The position numbers were made by a program, and so were the translations under genes. Of a DNA stretch of 50,739 bases, positions 10,546 to 20,765 are shown piece by piece. This stretch comes from Gekko japonicus (taxonomy: Eukaryota). The notes beneath the pieces were generated by a model, which saw nothing but the letters and a program-made list of their open reading frames with translations, did no database searches and had not been told where the DNA came from. Location of the stretch: NCBI RefSeq assembly GCF_001447785.1, contig NW_015168723.1:248001-298739 (forward strand). The letters are read 5' to 3'. Position 1 is the first letter of the stretch. Every line of letters begins with the position of its first letter.

Positions 10546-11959
10546 TCATCATCCGGAGACCACTGAGGTCTTATACCCCAGTCAGAAGCAGTGTTCCGTC
10601 TAAGCTGAGTCTGTGTGAACTAGCTCACAATTTTTTAGCCTCCGGCTCACACATTTTTTTGTCTTAGCTCCGGAAGGGTGGCTCCAGAGCAAACTAATTT
10701 ATGCAGTAGCCAAATCGCTCGCTCATAGCTTTAATGCCGGTAGCTCACAAAGTAGAATTTTTGCTCAGAGGACTCCATAGCTTAGAGGGAGCCTTGGAGA
10801 AGGTGGGGTCTCCCTTCCTTCTTGTATTTGACAAGGGGGGCTCTGTCTCTGGAAAGTTTGTCCCCTGGGGAGATCTTGTTGGTCTTTCAGGTGCCACTGA
10901 ACCTGAACCTTCTGTTTAGTGACTGATGGATACCAGCGCACAAGAGAGAGTGCATGGTACGAAAAGCAGAAAATGGGTATTCTCTGAATAATGGCAGGTT
11001 TTTAGGTGTTCAAAGGGAGACCAGCCAAGACTTCTTTCTTCCTGTAGCCTTTGGTGCAATGACATCTTTTTTGCCCATACGTGCAATCCTAGACACAGAG
11101 ACGTCCTCCTAAGCCCACTGGTTTTAGTGGACTTAGAAGGGTGTTACTCCACGCAAGATAGCACTTTAAATCTTCTGAACAGTGGCCCAGTCTGCATCTA
11201 GCATTCACTCCGTTGTCTTACCAAACCCACACTGGAACAGAAAAAGATGCAGCTCAAAACCACATTCAGTTATCCCAGGCCAATGCCGTACTGACTGCAG
11301 AATCACCCCCCCAACGGCCATAAAACAGCCATAAATCTATCCATACGGCTACCATAAAACCAAGAGATCAAACAAAGTGAAAGCAACGTAGAGGGGGATT
11401 TCTGTTCCAACATGGGTTTGGTAAAACGGCAGAGCAAATGCTAGACGCAGAATGGGCCACCGTCTCCACTCCCGTCATCAGATCCCTACCAACTTCAAAC
11501 TGGGACTTTTAACATCATGTCCAGCTACACCTACTTCCTGTCCCCCCCCTTCTTGTCTAACATCCAGTCCGAAGAAGGGTTCTGTGGACATAGGAGCTTG
11601 CTCAGTACTTTGTAGTGTTTTTGTAGATTCTAGCTGAAGTCAAACCCCCTTCCTGTTCTCTTTGATACCTGAAAAACCCAAATCTGAGGCAGATACAAGA
11701 TGTGCAGGTGCTGCCTACCTTCAGCTGAGCAAAACCAACAACTGCCCATACACCTAAAGAGGTGAATAACCAGTATCAGCTGGTTCGCGCCCCCCCCCCC
11801 CAAATGCTCTTGTGGTCCAGCAGGACGGCCTGTTTGGCTTTTTGTAAATTGCAGTTGCATGATCTCGGGACTTCAGCTTACTAGAAGCTAAGGCAGCAGT
11901 TGCCTTTTACCTAGTTAGCCCGCAGCGTGTGCTTACCCCTTGCGTTTCCCTGCTCTTAG

Positions 11960-12138
11960 GAGTTATACGAGAACCTCACTGGTTCCCTGGACACCAGCCA
12001 GAGCTGGAGCCTCCTCCGGTCAAGCGAACTGCTCGGTCATGCTACATGATAGACTATGAGACCCCACGTGGCAAGGGACCCTCCCTGGTGGTTGAAGAGA
12101 CGCCCAAGGAGCCAGAAGAGACTCAGCCGAAGCAGTAA
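11960..12138 (+). CDS. CFAP68: CFAP68 last coding exon (RVIREPHWFPGHQPELEPP...PKQ*)
   Basis: Acceptor tgctcttag ends at 11959 and is phase-1 compatible. Contains the conserved REPHWFPGHQPEL motif; TAA at 12136-12138. Spliced product is 156 aa. Confidence 0.92.
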
Positions 12139-12422
12139 GCATGGGGAGAGGCCTCAAGACACCTGGTTTGGAACGCCCTGCTCACGTGACCCGATTACTC
12201 CCCACCCACCCAAGGCTAGGCTGCTGTGCAGCATCACAGACTGCGGTTGTCATTAAAAGGAAGTGCCCCCCCCAAGTGGAAAGAAGATTCTCACTAGCAA
12301 TTGTGACCCAATGCCTCTACTGCTCTTTTTCTATCTGTGAAAAACTGTTTGACATCCTAGCTTACTGGCTATTAAATTCTGTTTAGTTTTGCAGCCAACG
12401 GTCGAAGAACCTGGATTTTTTA

Positions 12423-12428
12423 AATAAA
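12423..12428 (+). terminator. CFAP68: Candidate CFAP68 polyadenylation signal AATAAA
   Basis: First canonical AATAAA after the stop, followed by GT-rich sequence. ATTAAA alternatives at 12252 and 12371. Confidence 0.55.
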
Positions 12429-12994
12429 ATGTTTGGCTGTCTGTGGTAAGTGAATGGAACCCTGTGCTTGCTCAGTCACTCAGAGTTATTCAGAGGAATA
12501 TTGAATTAGCCATGCTGGTTCAGACCAACGCTTCATCTAACCCAGCATCCCGTTTCCAGCTTTGACCCGTCAGATGCCACACCGAAGGCGATATCCCTCA
12601 CTTACAACTATTCCCCAGCATTTGACGATCAGAGGTTTTCTGCTTCTGAACCCAGAGGACCCATTTAGCTACCATGGCCAATAGCCAACGTTAGATCTCT
12701 CCGCCATAAATCTAAGCCCCTTTGCAGCCCATCTAAAGCACCTTTCCACCACCCCATCTCGTGGCCCTAAGTTCCGCAAGTCAGCTGTGCCCATGGTATG
12801 AATTAGCATTTCCTTTTGCCTGTCCTGAATCTGCTGCCAGTCAGTTTCATGGGGTGATCTGGTATTATGGGAGAAGGAGAAAAGTTTCTATCTGCTGTCT
12901 TCCCACCGTGCATAATGTTGGAGACCACCTTGCCCCTTTGACGAGGCCAGCCCCTAACGCTGAAGGAAGAGGCCAGCAGGTGCTTATACATTGG

Positions 12995-13000
12995 TTTATT
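12995..13000 (-). terminator. CRYAB: Candidate CRYAB polyadenylation signal AATAAA
   Basis: TTTATT on +, about 130 nt downstream of the CRYAB stop. Confidence 0.65.
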
Positions 13001-13128
13001 TGTCAGTAAACAAGCTCATCTGCGGATCTTAGCACAAATAAATAAGAGCAGCCGGTCGGTGGGACTGCTTGCTGCGTACAGACAGAAAGGCTTTCTTGGA
13101 TATAAAAGAGTGGGTCTCAATGAGCTGT

Positions 13129-13332
13129 TTACTTCCTTTGTCCGCCCGCTAGGGCAGGTTTTTCCTCCCGGGTGATGGCGATGGTGCGCTCCGGCATCTC
13201 CGTTGGTTTTCTTGGTCCATTCACCGTCAGGACACCATCAGAAGAGAGGGAGGAAGTGATGGAGAGGGGATCCACATCACCTGGGATCTTGTATTTCCTG
13301 TTGAACTCTCTGGCTACGAAGCCTTGTTCATC
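13129..13332 (-). CDS. CRYAB: alphaB-crystallin exon 3 ([67 protein letters not shown])
   Basis: Hand translation of the minus strand (absent from the ORF track). Acceptor ...CCCCAACAAG, phase 0; TAA at 13131-13129. Clear match to the CRYAB C-terminal half. Confidence 0.95.
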   Translation of the reverse strand, partial: DEQGFVAREFNRKYKIPGDVDPLSITSSLSSDGVLTVNGPRKPTEMPERTIAITREEKPALAGGQRK

Positions 13333-13507
13333 CTTGTTGGGGGGGGGAGACAGTTAAACCAAATGTGTCATTTTGTGGTTTTCCAAGACGGTGTACACAG
13401 AATTCCTGCCACGCAAGCACTGACCAATCCCATACCCATCTAGCCGCGTGTATTCTCCAACCATGAACACATGAAGCTGCCTTATGCCAAATCAGACCAT
13501 CAATCCA

Positions 13508-14285
13508 TCATAAGAACATAAGAAGCCAGTGTTGGGTCAGGCCAATGGCCCATCCAGTCCAACACTCTGTCACACAGGGGCCAAAAACACCAGGGGCCAT
13601 CAGGAGGTCCAGCAGTGGGGCCAGGACTCTAGAAGCGGATTACAGACTCCTTTCCCTTCCCTTCCCCACAGCAGACACCCTGTGAGGTGGGTGGGGCTGA
13701 GAGAGCTCTGACAGAAACTGCTGTTTTTCAAGAAACAGCTCTGACAGAACTATGGCTTGCCCAAGGTCATCCAGCCAGGTGCAAGTGGAGGAGTGGGGGA
13801 ATCAAACCCGGTTCTCCCAGATTAGAGTCTGCCTGCACTTCACCACGACACCAAACTGGCTCTCAAGGCCCTTACAAGCAAGGGATAACAGAGCAGTGCC
13901 GACATCTCCGTCTTTGATGGGCATCCTTGTTTCAAAAGGCTCTGCTCTGCTTTTACCTCCGGGCCTAGAGCCTCGACCCCCACTGACCTGTCGTTCCTCG
14001 TGTTTCCCATGGACTTCGATCATATCTCCAAGAACCTTGACTTTTAACTCCTCGGGAGAGAAATGCTTCACGTCCACATTTACAGAGAATTTGTCCTTAT
14101 CCAGTCGCATCTGCTGACAAAACAGTCTGGTTAGGGCAATCGTACTGATAAAAAAAACATTTTGTGTGTGTTCCCTACTTGTGGCTAATCGCCACTGATG
14201 GACCTCTGCTCCATATGTTTATCTACAAGCCGTCCATGCTTGTAGCTGCCACCACCTCCTGCGGCAGTGAATCCCATGTGTTGAT
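13508..14285 (-). mobile_element. CR1 3' fragment split by the CRYAB exon-2 duplicate (CR1 parts 13508-13636 and 14170-14285)
   Basis: CR1 sequence stops at CTAGAAGC and resumes at GTTCC..CTTGTGGCTAA, collinear with intact copies apart from roughly 60 missing bp. Confidence 0.8.
13988..14110 (-). CDS. CRYAB: Second copy of CRYAB exon 2 (exon 2b); whether it is spliced in is unknown
   Basis: Same 41-aa peptide as 16377-16499 with one synonymous change (AAG/AAA). Branch point CCCTAAC, acceptor CAGCAG and donor GTCAGT are all intact. Confidence 0.6.
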
Positions 14286-16376
14286 GTGTGTCAAAGTCAG
14301 TGTTGTTACTCAGACTGGCAGCAGTTCTCCAGGCAGGGGTCTTGCGCATCACCTAGTGCCAGATTTTCTAAAAAAAACTGGAGATGCCAGGGATTGAACC
14401 TAGGACTTTCTGCATGCCAAGATGATGCTGCACCACTGAGCCACGGTGTCCTGGTGTGAAGGTCCCAGCCCCACCCCTGCACTCACAGACCTTGAAGGGA
14501 GCCAGAGGGTTGTCAAAAGAAAAAGCAGTTAAAAGCGTCTTGCGGCTCAGGGAGGCCTTGCCAGCGTCTCCCAGGCTTGCGGCTGGATTACAGCTGGCCA
14601 GGGAGGAAAAGCTTCTGGGAGAGACCCAGAGGGCTAGGGAGAGCAACAGGGAACCCGCGAGCAGGAGAGAGGGATTCACGTGTCTGCCAGCCCCCCCTCC
14701 TCCCGCATTATCGGAGGCCACTGTGAACCTCCCTAGCAAAAAAGTACTGGAGGACTCATCTGCACCCAGTCCGCAGCCTGCAGACACAGGACCAGACCAG
14801 TGTTCCCCCTAAGCTCACAATTTTTTAGCCTCCGGCTCTCACATTTTTGTCTTAGCGCACGAAGGAGGGTTGGAGAGCAAACTAGTTTATGCAGCAGCCA
14901 AATCGCTGGCTCACAACTTTCATGCCAGTGGTTCACAAAGTAGAATTTTTGCTCACAAGAGTCCACGGCTTAGAGGGAGCATTGGACCTGACACATGGCT
15001 TTTGCGATGGGGAGAAACCAGGTGGGGCCTGCAGAACTCCCAAATTACAACTGACCTCCATAAGAATATAAGAGATGCCAATGTTGGATCAGGCCAAAGG
15101 CCCATCCAGTCCAACACTCTGTGTCACACAGTGGCCAGAAATACCAGGGGCCATCAGGAGGTCCACCAGTGGGGCCAGGACACTAGAAGCCCTCCCACTG
15201 TTGACCCCCCCCAAGCACCAAGAAGACAGAGCATCACTTGCCCCAGAGTCCCTATCTATACCTTGTGGCTAATAGCCACTGATGGACCTCTGCTCCATAT
15301 GCTTATCTAATTCCCTTTTGAAGCCGTCCAACCTATAGAGATCAGTTTCCCTGGAGAAAATGGCAACTTTGGCAGGGGGACTGTGTGGTATTATACCAGC
15401 TGAGCTCTTTCTCCTCCCCAACATCCACACCCCCACCCCCCAAATCAGGTATTTTCCTTCCCAGAAGTGGCAACCCAAACGAAACCACAGCAGATGGTGG
15501 ATTACAACTTCGAAGGTTCCTTCTCTTCTAAAGGTCCCTGCCAGGGTTCCCTCGAAACGGAGTTAGTGTGCGCTAGCTCACAGTTTTTCTAGCCTCCGGC
15601 TCACACATTTTTGTCTCCGCTCAGGACAGATGGCTCTAGAGCAAACTAATTCATGCGGTAGCCAAATCGCTCGCTCACAGCTTTAAGGCCGGTAGCTCAC
15701 AAAGTAGAATTTTTGCTCACAAGACTCCACAGCTTGGAGGGAGCGTTGGTCCCTGCAAGTGAGAATCTAGCGCAAGAGAGAGTTTTGTCTGCTGCGCTGT
15801 TGTTCGCTTTGCAGGGGGGTTTCAACAGAGGGGAGTGTGGCGACGTGCGATTCCCCATACCCCTCTGTCTGCAGTCTGAAGAGGCACAGTGTGTTCCTCA
15901 GTGTTCTACCCCCTCTTTCTCCTGCTTGTGTGAACCAGGCTTACGAAGAAGAAGAAGAGATTGGATTTATACCCCGCCCTTCACTACCCAGAGGAGTCTC
16001 AGAGCGGCTTACAGACTCCTTTCCCTTCCCCCTCCCCACAACAGACACCCTGCGAGGTAGGTGGGGCTGAGAGAGCTCTGGACAGAAACTGCTCTTTTCC
16101 AGGAACAGCTCTTATCAGAACTACGGCTTGCCCAAGGTCATCCAGCCAGGTGCAAGCGAAGGAGTGGGGGAATCAAACCCGGTTCTCCCAGATTAGAGTC
16201 CGCCTGCACTTCACCACGACACCAAACTGGCTCTCAAGGCCCTTACAAGCAAGGGATAACAGAGCAGTGCCGACATCTCCGTCTTTGATGGGCATCCTTG
16301 TTTCAAAAGGCTCTGCTCTGCTTTTCCTCCCGCCCTCGCCCCCACCTCCCGGCCTAGAGCCTCGACCCCCACTGAC

Positions 16377-16499
16377 CTGTCGTTCCTCGTGTTTCCCATG
16401 GACTTCGATCATATCTCCAAGAACCTTGACTTTTAACTCCTCGGGAGAGAAATGCTTCACGTCCACATTTACAGAGAACTTGTCCTTATCCAGTCGCAT
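16377..16499 (-). CDS. CRYAB: alphaB-crystallin exon 2, original copy ([41 protein letters not shown])
   Basis: Alpha-crystallin domain motif [14 protein letters not shown]...HGKHEERQ; 123 nt, phase 0-0, CAG acceptor and GTCAGT donor. Confidence 0.95.
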
Positions 16500-16688
16500 C
16501 TGCTGACAAAACAGTCTGGTTAGGGCAATCGTACTGATAAAAAAAACGTTTCATGTGTGTTGAAACGCTCACAACAGCTGGGCGTCAGACGTCAAACAAA
16601 TAGTTACGGAACTGGGTCTACCCAAGATGGAGTTCCTGGTAGTGCATACTGGAGAGCTGCTGAGTAGCCAATGTTGATCTCGATAGGC

Positions 16689-16885
16689 CAGCGGTTCTCA
16701 ACCTGTGGGTCGCGACCCCTTTGGGGGTCAAATGACCCTTTCACAGGGGTCGCCTAAGACCATCGGAAAACACAAATTTCCGATGGTCTTATGATAGCAA
16801 CGAAAATAATTTTATGGTTGGGGGTCACCACAACATGAGGAACTGTATTAAAGGGTCGCGGCATTAGGAAGGTTGAGAACCACTG
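16689..16885. mobile_element. SPIN/URR1-type hAT-Charlie MITE
   Basis: Ends CAGCGGTTCTCAACCTGTGGGTCGCGACCCC and GGGTCACCACAACATGAGGAACTGTATTAAAGGGTCGCGGCATTAGGAAGGTTGAGAACCACTG match the recalled SPIN/URR1 consensus; TSD CGATAGGC/CGATAGAC. Confidence 0.85.
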
Positions 16886-17029
16886 CGATAGACCAACACC
16901 ACTAGAAGGCAGCTTTGTGTGTCCTGGATGTAGCAAAATGAGGAGAATGCCTGACTAAGATGTCTGTCCACAGGGTGTTCAGAATATGGCAGCCCCAAAA
17001 TTTTTCAGTGTAAGCCACGGAGAACACAT

Positions 17030-17250
17030 GACACAGGAACACATGAAGCTGCCTTATACTGAATCCTCAGCTTAGAGGGAACACTGCCCGTGACGGAGTT
17101 TCTGTCTTACAGACTGGCAGCAGCTCTCCAGGGTCTCAGGCAGAGAGGCCTTTCACATCTCCTACCGCCTGGTCCTTTTTAATTGGAGATGCCGGGAATT
17201 GAACCAGGGACGTTCTGCATACCAAGCAGACGCTCTGCCACTGAGCCACA
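17030..17250 (-). mobile_element. tRNA-Ala-derived SINE (others at about 14290-14445, 25600-25765, 26640-26765, 32360-32490, 33835-33958, 40305-40522, 48507-48700)
   Basis: Head GTGGCTCAGTGG..AGAGC...GGTTCAATCCCCGGCATCTCCA with a tail ending GGCAGCTTCATGTGTTC. Confidence 0.75.
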
Positions 17251-18533
17251 TGGTCCTGTTGATAAACTTAGAGCTCAGAATAGACCTCTAGCTTAGGAGT
17301 CCCCATTGTAGTGCCCCTGGGTGCCATGCTTGTGAAGTGTTTTTAGAAAATGGTTGGGGTCTGTTGGGTCTTTGGCCAGTTGCCCAGCAGAGCTTCTGAT
17401 TGGCCACTGAAGATTTGATTGGCTGCCACCACAGCACAAGGATCTTCACTGTGTGGCTAAAGGTAAGCCAGGGCAGCCATTTTGTGACTGCCTCCACCTG
17501 GGGCAGCCATTTTGTGAGAGCCATTTTGTGGCTGTGCCCACCGTCTCGTGTCAGAATTGCAAGAGTGCCCGCAGGCTGAAAAAGGCTGGGGACCCAGGAA
17601 CTGGCTGTTCCTCATCCCCAAAATGAAGGTCCGGCCCATCACCAGTGTTCCCTCTAAGCTGAGTTAGTGTGAGCTAGCTCACAGTTTTTTTGCCTCCAGC
17701 TCACACATTTTTGTCTTAGCTCAGGAAGGAGGGCTACAGAGCCAACTAATTGATGCAGTAGCCAAATCACCTGCTCACAACTTTAATGCCTGTCGCTCAC
17801 AAAATAGGATTTTGGCTCATGGGACTCCACAGCTTAGAGGGAACATTGCCGCCATCACCCAAACCAAACATCCTGGCTTGCGTGTGACGGCTTCTCCGTA
17901 CCAGCACCACACCTGGGTTGTGTGCCTGAACGGAAACTCAAGACAGAAGAAGTTCGGCAGAGTATCTGCCCTGGGGAGTAAGCACTCCACAAGCCAAGTC
18001 TCTAAATAGAAATGTGGAAATAATAGGATGAATTTCTCAGCAGGCAAGTGCAACAACGTATGCCTTACCCTCTGCAAATCAGCCGTCATTGGACATAAAA
18101 ACCCATGGGGCAAGATGCAGATCATAAGAAGCAAGCACCGTAATGCAAAAATAGAAAAGCGGTCTGTGGGGAAGGAAACCGCAGTCACAGAGAGAGTAAT
18201 GAAGGCAATACTGCACGAACAATTAATGTCTTCACCATCGTGGCCACTAATTTTGCTGGCTTTAAAAGAGAACGAGACAAGGCCATCTGCCTGAACCTCC
18301 ACTTTCAGAGGAAGCAACCCGCTGACCACCATTTACCACGGGGCAATAAGAGGGGCCGGTTCTGGCCTCTGATCAGCCTTGCTGGCGGGCCTTGTAGGGG
18401 CATCCAATTGGCCACTGTGTGAATGCTGAATTGGATGCACCGCTGGTCTGACATAATAAACAGGTAGACAGTCAACTGCCCTCTGTGTTTGGGATCTGAC
18501 ATAATAAACAGGTAGACAGTCAACTGCCCTCTT

Positions 18534-18925
18534 CAGGGCTATTTTTGGGCAGGAACGCACAGGAACGGAGTTCCGGCTGGCTTCCAAGTTGGCCACACCC
18601 AGCAGGAACACATTAGCATAATAGGCCACACCCAACAGCAGAAACTCATTAGGATTGGCTACATTAGGGGTGTGTGGCCTAACATGCAAAGGAGTTCCTG
18701 CTACAAAAAAGCCCTGGGTTTGGACAACAAAGAAGGTAAACAATAAGAAGCAAAAGGTGGGTGTGGCTGGATGAGCACACTTCTGGCAACATGAGGGTGT
18801 GGCCTAATATGCCAATGAGCTGTGCTGTCAGGGGTGTGGCCTAATATGCTAATGGATTTCTGCTGTGGGTGTGGCCTGTTATGCTAATGAGTTCCTGCTG
18901 GGCTTTTTCTAAAAAAAAAGCCCTG
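18534..18925. mobile_element. hAT-type MITE, TIR CAGGGCTNTTTT, with multiple ATGCTAATGAG subterminal repeats (others at 21806-22165, 37194-37589, 38249-38838, 43317-43447, 43815-44109)
   Basis: TIRs present; 8-bp TSDs GTGGCAAC (37186/37590) and GTCTCCAC (38241/38839). Confidence 0.82.
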
Positions 18926-20427
18926 AGGATACTTGTTGTGTTTCCAAGACTGTGGCGTCATCCCACTTTGGAAACCTGCTTCAACTTTAACCTGGCCGTC
19001 TTTCAGATGTGGCGGACCCGATCCCCTCAGAAGTTCTCTTGTACCATTGAAACAAACCCTCTCGTGCAGCGCCCACTCATTTCAATGGGCTCGTTCGGTT
19101 TCCCAGTGCGGAAATTAGGCCCAAGGTAAGGCCTTTTCCACAAGCAATTCTGGAACTCGATTTTTGCTTTCATTTCCTGGGTCTGTCATTTGAAGGCTGA
19201 CTCTCCCTACAAACTTGAAATGGCTCTTTTTCGCCTTTTGGTTCTTGCCTGTGTTCATAGGGCTCCAGTTCCAGTCTAAAAACAGTTCTCATTACTGCTG
19301 GTGGAAAGAGTTGCTTTTAGTAGCCATGAAAAGAGGGAATGCAGATGGCGCTTATTGTTACCAATTTTTGTAGGTTGATTTTGTCATTTTAATTTTTTAA
19401 AATCTATTTATTCACTGAACTTTGTTCATCTGAATTCTCCACCTTTTTCCCCAGTGGGCACCCCAAGTAGCTGACATCACTCTGCTCTCTTCCAGTTTAT
19501 TTTCACAACATCCCTGCGAGGCAGGTTAGGTGGAGAGGGTGTGACTGGCCCAAGATCACCCAGCGAGCTTCCATGGCACCAGTGTGGATTCGAACCTGCG
19601 TCTCCCAGATCCTCGACCAACACCCTCCCCACAACACAGTATTGCTTCTCTCTTTTACAGCCACGTTAACATCACAGATTCTTACCTTAACCTTGATCTA
19701 AAAATCCAACAAATCAGTTGTTAAAGAGGTCAAGAAGGATTAATTAAGAAAAAGAAGAGATTGGATTCATACCCCACCCTTCACTATCCGAAGGAGTCTC
19801 AGAGTGGCTTACAATCTCCTTTCCCTTCCCTTCGCCACAACAGACACCCTGTGAGGTAGGCGGGGCCGAGAGAGCTCTTTCCAGAACTGTCCTTGAGAGA
19901 ACAGCTCTGAGAGAACTGTGACTGATCCAAGGTCACACCAGCAGCTGCATGTGGAGGAGTGGGGAATCAAACCCGGTTCTCCCAGGTTAGAGTCCGCGCA
20001 CTTAACCACTACACCAAACTGGCTCTTAATTAAGAAGAAGGGAAGAGATTGGGTTTATACCCCGCCCTTCACTACCCGAAGGAGTCTCAGAGTGGTTTAC
20101 AATCTCCTTTCCCCTCCCCTCCCCGCAACAGAGACCCTGTGAGGTAGGTGGGGCCGAGAGAGCTCTTTCCAGAACTGTCCTTGAGAGAACAGCTCTGAGA
20201 GAACTGTGACTGATCCAAGGTCACACCAGCAGCTGCAAGTGGAGGAGTGGGGAATCAAACCCGGTCCTCCCAGATTAGAGTCCGCACGCTTAACCACTAC
20301 ACCAAACTGGCTCTCTTAATTAATCAATAAAGACAGGGATTGTGACCGTGACCGGTAGTCCTGGGTCCATGACTGCTGGGGGTGGGAACCTGCTAAAGTG
20401 TGTTTAACCAGGAACAAGGAACGTTAC

Positions 20428-20625
20428 CTCTGAGAATCTGCTCTCTAGCCAGGTGGGGAGCCTTAAGAGGGAGGGTCTCAAGAGGAAAGAGCTGAGCGCC
20501 GAGGTGCTGGGGAAAAGCTCAGCTTCCACGAGGTGTTCTCCGAAGGCCTGGCTGAAGAGGCGGTTGGGCGACAGGGCGGACACAAGGGGCCTGCGGAAGA
20601 GAGGATGGTGAACGGTGATATCCAT
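20428..20625 (-). CDS. CRYAB: alphaB-crystallin exon 1 (MDITVHHPLFRRP...WLESRFSE)
   Basis: Typical MDI-HHP-RRP...FGEHL N-terminus; donor GAG|GTAACG at 20428/20427; 66 codons. Confidence 0.95.
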
Positions 20626-20687
20626 CTGGATCGGTCCAAGAGGAGACGCTGGGCAGCGGTGCTGGTCCCGCCAGGCGAGAGCCGGGG

Positions 20688-20765
20688 TTTTATACCCTGT
20701 CCGGCAGCAGGCCTTGCCCCGGCTGAACCCTCTGGAACCGTGATGTCAGGTGTTTTATTGTCCCT
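20688..20765 (-). promoter_or_regulatory. CRYAB: CRYAB proximal promoter: TATA box, HSE-like element and conserved AATAAAA-CCTGACATCAC block
   Basis: Minus-strand TATAAAA at 20694-20688; GTTCCAGAGGGTTCA at 20738-20724; ACAATAAAACACCTGACATCAC at about 20762-20740, resembling the recalled mammalian CRYAB proximal promoter. Confidence 0.75.

Noticed and set aside
13752-14117. A separate second CRYAB gene
   Set aside because: Only exon 2 is duplicated; exon 1, the promoter and exon 3 are single-copy in this window.
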